A stretch of DNA of 64,000 nucleotides from a virus. The notes beneath the pieces were generated by a model. The model was not told where the DNA came from, ran no database searches, and saw only the letters and a list, made by a program, of their open reading frames with translations. The stretch is taken from IMG/VR virus record IMGVR_UViG_3300042731_007310, positions 20,479-84,478 of that record. One strand, given 5' to 3'. Below are positions 1 to 8,217 of the stretch, piece after piece; the first letter of the stretch is position 1, and every line of letters starts with the position of its first letter. The position numbers and the translations under genes are program-made.

Positions 1-126
1 GGTAAGGGAAAGTCTGAAGGTTTCAAAATACAAAAAGCAGATCAACACAAGAAAAAGGTTGATAAAAATCGGAAGCGTAGAAAGATTTCTAAGGCTTCAA
101 ATAAAAAGAATAGAAAAAATAAATAA
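1..126 (+). CDS. 3' end of a Lys/Arg-rich hypothetical protein (partial)
   Basis: Frame 1 is open from the window edge (GKGKSEGFKIQKADQHKKKVDKNRKRRK...NK) to TAA at 124-126, followed by an RBS-like GAAAGG before the next gene. Not in the ORF track. Confidence 0.55.
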   Translation, partial: GKGKSEGFKIQKADQHKKKVDKNRKRRKISKASNKKNRKNK

Positions 127-150
127 CTTACAAAGAAAGGTATCGGTGAA

Positions 151-579
151 ATGATGGATCCACGAAAGGGTAGGCATATGAAATATCTTCTTACTGGCGA
201 TCCTGATTTTTTGAATGATGTAGGGGTGGTGAGAAGTTTTCTTGAAGACTTGGTCGAAGCAATAGGTATGGAAGCTGTAGATGAACCAAAGGTGTATTGG
301 CTACCACCAATTCCAGAAAACATGTCACTAGACTGCCCTAATGACGCTGGTGGTGTGACCGGTATTGTTGTATTGAGTACGTCACACGCGTCAATTCACA
401 CCTTCCCTGAATGCCACTATGCGGTATGTGACGTTTATTCGTGTAAGGACTACGATCCGCAAATACCGCCTGATGTAATGTCAGCTCATTTCGGAATAAA
501 AACTGTTTTCGCTACAGATCTTTCATTTTCGTTGAAGTATCCATACCCACTTCCAAAACCAAATCATCGAAACGGGTAG
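151..579 (+). CDS. speD: S-adenosylmethionine decarboxylase-family pyruvoyl proenzyme (SpeD/SpeH-like)
   Basis: Class 1b AdoMetDC signature GGVTGIVVLSTSHASIHTFPE...AVCDVYSCK; 142 aa is typical for the family. Confidence 0.85.
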   Translation: MMDPRKGRHMKYLLTGDPDFLNDVGVVRSFLEDLVEAIGMEAVDEPKVYWLPPIPENMSLDCPNDAGGVTGIVVLSTSHASIHTFPECHYAVCDVYSCKDYDPQIPPDVMSAHFGIKTVFATDLSFSLKYPYPLPKPNHRNG

Positions 580-598
580 GTTTCCGGTATATAGGTAC

Positions 599-1054
599 AT
601 GTCTATAACACTGGAAAAAGCCAAAAAACGTTTTGAATCTAAGTTACATGATAGAAGGAAGTGTAAATGTCCTTTGTGTGGTCGTACTTCGATTGTGTAT
701 CTTAGGACGGTAGATAAGACTATGGCTACAACACTTCAACTATGGGCTAAAGAATACGGTGATTCATTCGTTCATGTGAGAAAGTTCTTAGAGAGAAGGG
801 GTTTAGATTCACAAGCCCGTGGTGGTAGCTTTACAAAATTGCGCCATTGGGGATTGATAGAATCAAAGGGGCGCCAAACTGGATACTGGCGTATTACGGA
901 AAAAGGTTTTCGATATTTGAATGGAAAAAAGAAAATCCATAAAACAGCATTAGTTGCAAACCAAGATGGTAAAGTGATCGGGTATTTAGTTGAAGACGGA
1001 AAGGTCACTATACATGATGCTCTAAACACTAAATTTGATAGGAATAAGATATGA
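599..1054 (+). CDS. Hypothetical protein with CxC-P-x-C zinc knuckle and probable winged-helix domain
   Basis: KCKCPLCG followed by 'KLRHWGLIES...GYWRITEKG', a typical wHTH wing pattern. Confidence 0.55.
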   Translation: MSITLEKAKKRFESKLHDRRKCKCPLCGRTSIVYLRTVDKTMATTLQLWAKEYGDSFVHVRKFLERRGLDSQARGGSFTKLRHWGLIESKGRQTGYWRITEKGFRYLNGKKKIHKTALVANQDGKVIGYLVEDGKVTIHDALNTKFDRNKI

Positions 1055-1380
1055 ACGACAAAATTCTATACGCTATAAACGACAATAAAGTAACTAGGGA
1101 AAATAGAAGTGATGTAGAAGAATTTTGTAAACTCGAAAAGTTACATAAACAAGGTAAGTTGAGTGAATCAAAAAAGAAGAGACGTAGTAGAATTATGGTT
1201 CGTCTAATGAAGGGTGGTATTCTAAAACAAATGAGTCGAAAGGCCTTAGAAGAAGCCGCACAAATCATGTATGACAACTTTCCTTGGCACAAGAAGGTAA
1301 AACTAAGATTCCAATTCTTGTATAGGAAATTCAAGAATTGGTTTTCTTCAAAATTTCTCAAAAACAGAAAGGTGAAATAA
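1051..1380 (+). CDS. Hypothetical basic protein
   Basis: ATGA overlap with the upstream stop; 109-aa ORF in operon orientation. Confidence 0.6.
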   Translation: MNDKILYAINDNKVTRENRSDVEEFCKLEKLHKQGKLSESKKKRRSRIMVRLMKGGILKQMSRKALEEAAQIMYDNFPWHKKVKLRFQFLYRKFKNWFSSKFLKNRKVK

Positions 1381-1382
1381 TC

Positions 1383-1967
1383 ATGTCAGTAGGAGCGATT
1401 GTAACATTGGTTTTGTCCATACTCGGTTTTGTCGGAATCGCAATATGGGCTTTTACTTTAGGTAGAAAATATCGGTGGCCAAAAGGTGTACTAAGAAGTC
1501 GTAAGACAAAGGGTGGTATTGAAGTAGTAGTTATAAATGCACCAGGTTCGTCATTAGAAAAGGAGTTAGACGTAACTGATGCCTGTTGTCGTGCCGTACA
1601 AGCGTGTTTTACAGCATGGGATAGACTTCATCCGGACAATAAGGCCAAAAGTGAAATTGACGTTGTTGGTGTTTCATTTATTTCTGATATCGAAATGGAC
1701 AAGATACAAGAAAAAATGCCGTACGAACGTGTAGCAGCATATTTGTGTTTCACTTCAAGGTCGGTTGGTTCTAGCGCTCCTACTGCGGTTGTTAGAAGTA
1801 GTTTGATTTTGAATGTGGTTTCCAAAGGTGAACCGGTGATTCACGAGATGATTCACGCGCTTTTACATCGGTGTTCTAATGTTGGATTTGACTATGAACA
1901 CAAAGACGAATCGTGGATTATCGTTAGTAGAAGCGCAAGGGCAGAATATCAAAACTTGTCTTCTTAG
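1383..1967 (+). CDS. Membrane-anchored putative zinc metallopeptidase (HExxH)
   Basis: N-terminal TM helix (GAIVTLVLSILGFVGIAIWAF); IHEMIHALLH motif plus downstream EH. Start placed at ATG 1383 behind AAGGTG. Confidence 0.55.
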   Translation: MSVGAIVTLVLSILGFVGIAIWAFTLGRKYRWPKGVLRSRKTKGGIEVVVINAPGSSLEKELDVTDACCRAVQACFTAWDRLHPDNKAKSEIDVVGVSFISDIEMDKIQEKMPYERVAAYLCFTSRSVGSSAPTAVVRSSLILNVVSKGEPVIHEMIHALLHRCSNVGFDYEHKDESWIIVSRSARAEYQNLSS

Positions 1968-2027
1968 CCGATCTAAGGACTTCGGTTTTACCAGGTAATA
2001 AGATTTAAGTTTGTTTGGTGGTGACAT

Positions 2028-2072
2028 TATGGCCGTGATTCTGGTGGATCACGGCCATATTTTCATTCTTTT
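2028..2072 (+). terminator. Rho-independent terminator
   Basis: Perfect 12-bp stem TATGGCCGTGAT (2028-2039) / ATCACGGCCATA (2048-2059) followed by TTTTCATTCTTTT, in an intergenic gap. Confidence 0.75.
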
Positions 2073-2158
2073 GGTGGTGTACCATTCCAAGAACAATAAT
2101 AGTTGAAGCGATATAGAAACAATTCATCGTTACACTGTATCCTTGTTACGTATATTGT

Positions 2159-2365
2159 ATGACAAAGAAATCCGCTGACAGAATCATGTTTTGGGTGTAT
2201 ATGGCGTACATCATATTTTTCTTCTTTTGGTGCCTATTCGCTTGGGTAGGTTGTAATGGTGAAGAAGACAATTATCCATCTATGCTATGGCAAATTTTGT
2301 TCGGAATTTTTCTAGGAAGAATAAACGATAGACACTTCATTCCATGGATTAGTGGAAAGGGATAA
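2159..2365 (+). CDS. Small membrane protein (2 TM)
   Basis: Two hydrophobic stretches in 68 aa. Confidence 0.55.
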   Translation: MTKKSADRIMFWVYMAYIIFFFFWCLFAWVGCNGEEDNYPSMLWQILFGIFLGRINDRHFIPWISGKG

Positions 2366-2366
2366 T

Positions 2367-2732
2367 ATGAAAAATAAAAACACTAAAGTTCAAAGTCTAT
2401 TCTCTTTGACCAAACAAGATTTGATATCGAAGATATTAGGTCTTCAAGATTCGATGACCAAATTACAAAATGAAATGTTGAAGGCACAAATAATAGCTGC
2501 TACTCGACTTGATGTAATCCGTTTACTAGGGTTTATAATGAACAGAGATCCATCACCAGATCCAACTAAGGTATCACCAGCGGTTCCGGAAGTGAAAAAA
2601 ATAATGGCTGGTGAATTGAAAGATTTAGCGATTCATCTTCGCGGTAGAGCTGATGAATTTGAAAATGTATCTAAACGTTTATTGAGTGAAATTGAAAATA
2701 AAGAAGATACTGATAAGCAAGTGAAAGAATGA
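2367..2732 (+). CDS. Hypothetical coiled-coil protein
   Basis: Helical, heptad-like composition; start moved to ATG 2367, just after the upstream stop. Confidence 0.55.
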   Translation: MKNKNTKVQSLFSLTKQDLISKILGLQDSMTKLQNEMLKAQIIAATRLDVIRLLGFIMNRDPSPDPTKVSPAVPEVKKIMAGELKDLAIHLRGRADEFENVSKRLLSEIENKEDTDKQVKE

Positions 2733-2772
2733 AAAATTCATCGGATATTTTCTAATAATGTAAATATATGTT

Positions 2773-3288
2773 GTGGCGAGCGTAACCAAAAAACTTCGCA
2801 AGAAACAAGTAAAAAAGATCAAGCTACTAATCTTATCCGGAAAAGGCCTAAACAATGTAGCTGAACTTTACGGTGTTTCTTACATCACGATCTATAAGAT
2901 CGCGGCTGGAATAACTTGGAGAAAAGTAAAACCAACCGGGAAACTTATAGGTAAAAGAGATTATGTTTCTAAGCGTGTTTTTTCTCTGAATGATTGTCAG
3001 ATTATCGCTTTGAAGAAAATGAAAAAACGTTTTTCAAATGATGTTCTGTCAAAGCAGTATGATACTTCTGAATCTACTATTCAAAGGGCGATAGAAGACG
3101 GTAAAGCAGCGCTAGGGTTTCGATTTCATAAGATGACTCTAAATGGTGGTGTTTCAAAGGCACAACAGAAGTGTCACCTAACAGACGATGAAGTTCAATC
3201 TTTGGTAAACATAAGTGTTTCTGGTGAAGTTCCGGAATGGATACGTAGGGAGTTCAAAAAATGTCAGAAGAGAAAAAAGTTGATATGA
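2773..3288 (+). CDS. Tandem helix-turn-helix DNA-binding protein
   Basis: Two HTH-like units: 'LNNVAELYGVSYITIYKIAAGITW' and 'NDVLSKQYDTSESTIQRAI'. Confidence 0.65.
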   Translation: MASVTKKLRKKQVKKIKLLILSGKGLNNVAELYGVSYITIYKIAAGITWRKVKPTGKLIGKRDYVSKRVFSLNDCQIIALKKMKKRFSNDVLSKQYDTSESTIQRAIEDGKAALGFRFHKMTLNGGVSKAQQKCHLTDDEVQSLVNISVSGEVPEWIRREFKKCQKRKKLI

Positions 3289-3767
3289 GTTTCATAGAAG
3301 ATATAGAAAGTGAAACGAATCAAAAAGTGTTGATGGAAAATGAAATAAAGCTACAAAAAGAAAGAGTAGTTAGTTTCGAAAAACAATTGAACGAAGAAGT
3401 AGATAAAAGGATAAAGTTAGAAAAAGAAAACAAAAGACTTGAATGTGAATTAGATAAAGTAAAGGACAAACTGTATTGTCTTGCGCCACCCTTACCTACT
3501 GATTTGTGGCAAAGATCAAAAAACGTTTGGGGCGCTGCTTTGCATTCTCATCTTTACGGTGAACATCTAGATCCGGGTCCATTGTCTATAATTGAGAGAG
3601 CACTTTTTGACGCTGAAAAACGTGGTTATTCTGGAAGAAAAGATCTGGATAAGGTACATTGTAATGGTGAATGTTCTTGTTCTTCTAACAAGGAAAGTAA
3701 GGATGAAACAAAAAAGAATAGACCTTCAAAAAAGAAAACTAAAACCGTCACAAGAAAAAAGAAGTAA
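3261..3767 (+). CDS. Hypothetical coiled-coil protein with basic C-terminus
   Basis: E/K-rich heptads; GGGGAG RBS upstream of the ATG. Confidence 0.6.
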   Translation: MSEEKKVDMSFIEDIESETNQKVLMENEIKLQKERVVSFEKQLNEEVDKRIKLEKENKRLECELDKVKDKLYCLAPPLPTDLWQRSKNVWGAALHSHLYGEHLDPGPLSIIERALFDAEKRGYSGRKDLDKVHCNGECSCSSNKESKDETKKNRPSKKKTKTVTRKKK

Positions 3768-4053
3768 TATTGGTCAAGACCAAATTGGTTATCCCATATA
3801 CAGGTGCTCTTTATGCGATGAAATGATAACACAAAATTCGGTATCACCAGTTTCGTTGTCAACACTATTTTCATTGATGAATAATCATCATTTATTTAGT
3901 ATAGGTACTCTTCAACGATTCATAATTCATGAATGTGGAAATGGATCATATGGAGTAGCAAACATAGCCGGTATAGCTTCAGAAAAAGTTTTTGTTGATT
4001 CTAAAAAAATGCCTAGTGAATTGAGAATAGAAAAACCAGTAGAGCCAAATTGA
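3592..4053 (+). CDS. Hypothetical protein with CxxC...HxC zinc-binding motif (true start uncertain, probably near 3770)
   Basis: YRCSLCDE and IHECGNG motifs fill the gap 3768-4053; the 5' part overlaps the previous gene and is probably not translated. Confidence 0.45.
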   Translation: MREHFLTLKNVVILEEKIWIRYIVMVNVLVLLTRKVRMKQKRIDLQKRKLKPSQEKRSNIGQDQIGYPIYRCSLCDEMITQNSVSPVSLSTLFSLMNNHHLFSIGTLQRFIIHECGNGSYGVANIAGIASEKVFVDSKKMPSELRIEKPVEPN

Positions 4054-4742
4054 TGAAAAAAAAGAAGAACAAAATAGTATTGAGTTATAAAAAGAAGGTT
4101 GAACTTTCCGCTGAAATATACGGTATGATGATGGAAGGTGATAGTGATGGCGAGATTATCGAAAGCTTAGACATAACACCACAAGAATATTCGATAGCAA
4201 AAAAGTTTCTTCTCGAAAGTAAGGGGAGCGAAGAAGAACTATTGTCTAGTAAAGAACGCTTTGCTAAATACGTCATTGTTCAGGACAGAAACACAAGAGC
4301 CTTAGACGAATTGATTGTGAACCTTGATCACAAAAACCAATACAACGCGCTAGTAGGTGCTATCAGATTGAGATCTGATATTGCTGATAGAGTAATCTCT
4401 ACTGGTCAAACACTTGGAATAATATCAAAAGAACCTGAAAAAAAGATGGTTATGAATGGTGTTGTTGTTGCGGAAGTAAGTGATAAGGACCTTAGAAAAG
4501 AACTAGCAAAATCGATTGTTAGTTTTGGAAAAATGATGAAGCGATATGGTGGCGGAAAAGATATTTTGGAAATCAAAACAGGTGATCTTCATTATGGTGA
4601 AGGCGTCAAAGTTCTTCCGGAAGATTTCACATCAACGGCTGCAATGGGAGCGCCACCTATGAAGCCAAAATCAAATGACAAAAAGAATCGAGCCAAGACC
4701 GGTAAAAGAGCGGCTGGACGTAGAAGGGTAAGGGAAAAATAA
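4053..4742 (+). CDS. Hypothetical protein, possible terminase small subunit
   Basis: N-terminal HTH-like segment (DGEIIESLDITPQEY), helical middle, basic tail; lies upstream of TerL. Function is inferred from architecture only. Confidence 0.4.
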   Translation: MKKKKNKIVLSYKKKVELSAEIYGMMMEGDSDGEIIESLDITPQEYSIAKKFLLESKGSEEELLSSKERFAKYVIVQDRNTRALDELIVNLDHKNQYNALVGAIRLRSDIADRVISTGQTLGIISKEPEKKMVMNGVVVAEVSDKDLRKELAKSIVSFGKMMKRYGGGKDILEIKTGDLHYGEGVKVLPEDFTSTAAMGAPPMKPKSNDKKNRAKTGKRAAGRRRVREK

Positions 4743-4743
4743 A

Positions 4744-5445
4744 ATGGCTAATGGAGTTATTATAGGCGGTAATAGTTATGAATTACTACATCCAAAAACC
4801 GGTTGTCCTATCCCTGTTTTCAATTGGAAAGATACTGGAATGGAATTCAAGATCGGTGATGGATATAATAAACGTCGTAAGGAAGACATCACACTAGGTG
4901 TTATTCACTGGACGGGTTCAGAAAATTCTGTGGAAACGATGTTCAATGTTTTGAATAAACGAAAGTTAGGCGTTGAATACTGTATAAGTCCGTATGGATC
5001 ACTTTATCAATTCTGCGATATGATTGAAGTTGATACGGCTGACGCTGGTGCGGCTAATAAAATAAGTTGGGGTGTTGAAGTGGTCAACGCTGGTATTCGT
5101 AGGGCGAATACTTTATGGCGTGAACCGCGATATCGTAAGACGAAAATGGGTCCAAGACGCGGATACGAAACGCGTATTCATGATAGAAATGTAAAGTGTT
5201 GGGATTTTTACGAAGAACAAACGATGACGTTATTAGCGTTGAATCTACTTATACACCATGTAGTACCAACGTATGGACCTAATGTTTGCGTTGCTAATGG
5301 TGAAATAAATTGGCGCGAATTCAAAGGTGCTGTAGGTCATTACCATATCACTAAGAAAAAGTTAGATCCCGGAACTGAACCAATGAAGCGACTTCATAGC
5401 TTTATGGAAAGTTCTATATTTGGTAGTGGAAGCGAATTTCGTTGA
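4744..5445 (+). CDS. N-acetylmuramoyl-L-alanine amidase (Amidase_2 / T7 lysozyme-like), probable endolysin
   Basis: VIHWTG, N..SWGVEVVN, EEQ..L..L and GHYH...KKLDPG motifs in the canonical order. Confidence 0.8.
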   Translation: MANGVIIGGNSYELLHPKTGCPIPVFNWKDTGMEFKIGDGYNKRRKEDITLGVIHWTGSENSVETMFNVLNKRKLGVEYCISPYGSLYQFCDMIEVDTADAGAANKISWGVEVVNAGIRRANTLWREPRYRKTKMGPRRGYETRIHDRNVKCWDFYEEQTMTLLALNLLIHHVVPTYGPNVCVANGEINWREFKGAVGHYHITKKKLDPGTEPMKRLHSFMESSIFGSGSEFR

Positions 5446-5527
5446 AACAGAATCCACTGAAGCTACAAAAAAAATCTGAACCCTGCCCTATCTGTAATGG
5501 GCAGGGTAACGATAACTTATTGACCAT

Positions 5528-6412
5528 TTGCTTGGACTGTTATGGGAGCGGAAAAAATATATTGTTTGTAGGGAATGTTGGAATAAAAAGTCACCATTAG
5601 AGTTTTTTGATTCGAAACGAAACAGGTTTTTGAAGACTTGCAAACAATGTAGGGAAAAGAACAGATATCGTGAAAAAATCGATCCAAGAAATGGTCTTCC
5701 GGATCGTGGTCCTATAAGGGTAAAATTCAATCTAAATTCTAACAACACAAAAACCGGAAGTATTCCGGTTAGTATGACTTCTAGTCCTACTTGTCCATTA
5801 TCTTGTTCTTTTCGTAATGGTATTTGTTATTCAGAAGGTCACTTTGTTGGTATGCACTGGAAAAGACTAAGTAATCCTGATGGTAGTGGTGGTGTTACAT
5901 GGGATAAATTTTGTGAAATGGTTTCTAAATTACCAAAGGGTCAAGTGTGGCGACACAATGAAGCTGGTGATCTACCAGGTATAGGGGATGAAATAGACGC
6001 TGTAATGTTGAAGAAATTGATCCTTGCCAATATGGGTAAGATGGGATTTACCTATACTCACAAACCAGTGTTGGAAGATTGTGGTATATCAATATTCAAC
6101 AGAGTGTGTATTTACGAATCGAACACAAAAGGTTTTTGTATCAATTTGTCTGCTAACGATTTAGAACAAGCTGACAGATTATTGAAACTAGGGATAGGTC
6201 CGGTAGTTGTTACTTTACCGGAAGATTGTCAAAAAGAACTGAAAACACCTGGTGGAAAACGTGTTACCGTATGTCCTTCTCAATGGTCGGAAGTTACCTG
6301 TAAAGAATGTAAGATTTGCGCAAACACTAAGCGTAAGTTGATAATAGGTTTTAGGGCTCATGGTTTAGGTAAAAATAAGATTGGCTCAAATTTCCAACTA
6401 TCATTGTTTTGA
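5528..6412 (+). CDS. Cys-rich Gp88-like protein with N-terminal zinc finger and C-terminal QLSLF clamp-binding motif
   Basis: N-terminal CxxC...CxxC; NTKTG; TCPLSCSF..GICY; WRHNEAGDL; FTYTH; INLSA; CP...TCKECKIC; IGFRAHG. This pattern is recurrent in phage Gp88-like proteins. Ends FQLSLF. Confidence 0.6.
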   Translation: MLGLLWERKKYIVCRECWNKKSPLEFFDSKRNRFLKTCKQCREKNRYREKIDPRNGLPDRGPIRVKFNLNSNNTKTGSIPVSMTSSPTCPLSCSFRNGICYSEGHFVGMHWKRLSNPDGSGGVTWDKFCEMVSKLPKGQVWRHNEAGDLPGIGDEIDAVMLKKLILANMGKMGFTYTHKPVLEDCGISIFNRVCIYESNTKGFCINLSANDLEQADRLLKLGIGPVVVTLPEDCQKELKTPGGKRVTVCPSQWSEVTCKECKICANTKRKLIIGFRAHGLGKNKIGSNFQLSLF

Positions 6413-6423
6413 AGGGATATCAT

Positions 6424-6957
6424 ATGCGAACATGGCGATCTTTATTTTTATACATCACCTGTATTGGTGCTGATATTATTGGTTTTATTGGTTTACTTTT
6501 GATTTGGTCGATATGGGGTAAGAATCTTCGATTCGAAAAGAAACCAATAGCACTTGAAGGACAAAAACCTCACCCTGGTAATTGGGCTCTTACGTGTGAT
6601 GTGAAACAAAAACATCTTTCGATTTTCAAATATAGCGGTATGACGATATCGCCACACGCGATCATTTACCGTGAAGGAAAACGTCCGGATGATCTGTATG
6701 TATGGTCAAGGATTCAAGAACATGAACACTTTCATTGTGAGCAATATGAAGCCGCTTCAATAATCGGGTTCGTAATTCTGATTCTTGGTTTCGTTGGGTG
6801 GATTGAAATACTACTGTCAATTTCTATTTTTATTGTAGCTCCTTGGTTGTATATGGGAGCGGCTTACGTGACTTCTTGGATACGTGGCGAAGATCTTTAT
6901 AGGGGCGCTCATATCGAAGAAGGTGCGTACGCAATTGATGACTTTTATGACGATTGA
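6424..6957 (+). CDS. Membrane protein with HExxH metallopeptidase-like motif
   Basis: TM helices; EHEHFHCEQYE and YRGAHIEEGAY resemble zincin HExxH plus a downstream glutamate. Confidence 0.55.
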   Translation: MRTWRSLFLYITCIGADIIGFIGLLLIWSIWGKNLRFEKKPIALEGQKPHPGNWALTCDVKQKHLSIFKYSGMTISPHAIIYREGKRPDDLYVWSRIQEHEHFHCEQYEAASIIGFVILILGFVGWIEILLSISIFIVAPWLYMGAAYVTSWIRGEDLYRGAHIEEGAYAIDDFYDD

Positions 6958-6974
6958 TCTACTTTGTTGTATGC

Positions 6975-7075
6975 TGTAGTTATGATGAAAACTACAACTT
7001 CAACCCTAGCGAAAGCAGGATTACGCGTTGAAGACGGTTCGTAATCTGTCAAGGGTTGACACTACAAAGGAGAAA
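6975..7075 (+). promoter_or_regulatory. Structured 5' leader (multi-stem RNA candidate) upstream of ORF 7081
   Basis: Stems TGTAGTT/AACTACA (6975-81/6990-96), TCAACCCT/AGGGTTGA (7000-07/7052-59), GC-GAAA-GC GNRA hairpin (7009-16) and GATTACG/CGTAATC (7019-25/7040-46); RBS AAGGAG follows. Confidence 0.45.
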
Positions 7076-7080
7076 GTGAA

Positions 7081-7377
7081 ATGTCTTCAGGTGTACAACT
7101 AAGCAAGAATGGTGCTTTCTATGGCACTGGTGCAAACATCGATGTTAGGACCGTAGGGTTTCGACCTAGAAGGGTAGAGCTTTACAACGAAGATGGTCTA
7201 GCGAAAGCCGTATGGACGGACGATATGGCTAACGCGGCTGGATTGAAGCAAATCACCGCTGGAACGATGTCAAAGATGACAGCCGGTATTACGCCCCTTT
7301 CTGATGGCTTCAGACTAGGGACTGATGCGGATATGAACGTATCCGGTGAAAAGGTTTACTGGGTAGCTCACGAATAA
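7081..7377 (+). CDS. Hypothetical beta-rich protein, possible virion (capsid decoration/cement) protein
   Basis: Strong RBS AAGGAG; 'FYGTGANIDVRTVGFRPRRVEL' and 'DGFRLG...NVSGEKVYWVA' resemble small phage structural beta-proteins. Confidence 0.55.
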   Translation: MSSGVQLSKNGAFYGTGANIDVRTVGFRPRRVELYNEDGLAKAVWTDDMANAAGLKQITAGTMSKMTAGITPLSDGFRLGTDADMNVSGEKVYWVAHE

Positions 7378-7395
7378 ACCCTTTGCCTATATACC

Positions 7396-7421
7396 GCTAG
7401 GCGCTCTTAGGGGCGCCTAGC
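7396..7421. other. GC-rich intergenic hairpin
   Basis: GCTAGGCGCTC-TTAG-GGGCGCCTAGC, an 11-bp stem with one G-U pair and no U-tract. Confidence 0.55.
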
Positions 7422-7453
7422 AATTCGATCCACTTCAACTAGGAGAGTTTTTC

Positions 7454-7909
7454 ATGGGCTACTTTGATCCAAGAGACGGTAGAAGAAAATCGGATCCATT
7501 GAGATCGTTAGATAGAGCACCAGCATACGCGCCAGACTGGCAACTTCACCGGGTAACGAATGCTCAAGATACGGTTTTTACAGAAAAGAAACATGGCGTA
7601 AATTGTGGTCATTATAAATCTGTAAGATTTGCTATTGTTCCATACGACAATGATCCTACAAGGGTTCCTGGTGCCACACCTGGTGGTTCGGCAAATCCAA
7701 ATGTTGAGGTTATGATTTGGTCTGAAAGTGCTGGTGAATTTCTTTCATTTCCTACCGCACTAACCGGAACTGGTGTTGGTGCTGGTGATCCGTATATGGT
7801 TGACGTTGAAAATGCAAACGGAGCAATTTTATTTGTTGCCGTAACGGCCGCACCTGGTGGTGTTGTTGCAATATCAGCACAAGGTTACGAAATCGATCAT
7901 ACGTTGTAA
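7454..7909 (+). CDS. Hypothetical protein, probable beta-sandwich virion protein
   Basis: RBS AGGAG; Gly/Ala/Thr/Val-rich beta-strand pattern. Confidence 0.6.
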   Translation: MGYFDPRDGRRKSDPLRSLDRAPAYAPDWQLHRVTNAQDTVFTEKKHGVNCGHYKSVRFAIVPYDNDPTRVPGATPGGSANPNVEVMIWSESAGEFLSFPTALTGTGVGAGDPYMVDVENANGAILFVAVTAAPGGVVAISAQGYEIDHTL

Positions 7910-8178
7910 TGCCCTTCCCCAACGAGCACGCGGCTAGACAAGCCGATCCTGATAGCTTTGATACTTTCCGTAGGGGAAAGCCGAAGGGCTTTCCCCGTGG
8001 TATATCTGTTATATTTGGTATAAAGAATGGTAAATCACGTATTCGGACCATCCGTTTCGATCGTAAACTATGGACTGTTGCGCGCGCTAGAGAGTGGCTA
8101 AAAAATCATGGTTTCAAATCAACCATAGAAGCCGCTTCGAAAAAAGTAAAAAAAGGTTTTTGGAAAGGGATAATCTAG
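7909..8178 (+). CDS. Small basic phage head-associated domain protein with C-terminal KGFWKGII tag
   Basis: PFPNEHAAR..DP..F..FRR...GISVIFG...IRFD...WT...AREWLKNH, a domain I recall fused to phage head proteins; C-terminus matches the scaffold tail. Confidence 0.65.
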   Translation: MPFPNEHAARQADPDSFDTFRRGKPKGFPRGISVIFGIKNGKSRIRTIRFDRKLWTVARAREWLKNHGFKSTIEAASKKVKKGFWKGII

Positions 8179-8217
8179 TATCGTTATGTTCAACTTCAAA
8201 TTTACAAGGGACTTCTA

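Noticed and set aside
5467-5507. Hairpin ACCCTGCCC/GGGCAGGGT as a terminator
   Set aside because: The 9-bp stem is real, but it has a 10-nt loop, no U-tract on the + strand, and the A-run is 5 nt away; function cannot be assigned.
6975-7075. Assignment to c-di-GMP (GEMM) or another known riboswitch class
   Set aside because: A GAAA tetraloop is present but I could not match the conserved core nucleotides; kept only as an unassigned structured leader.
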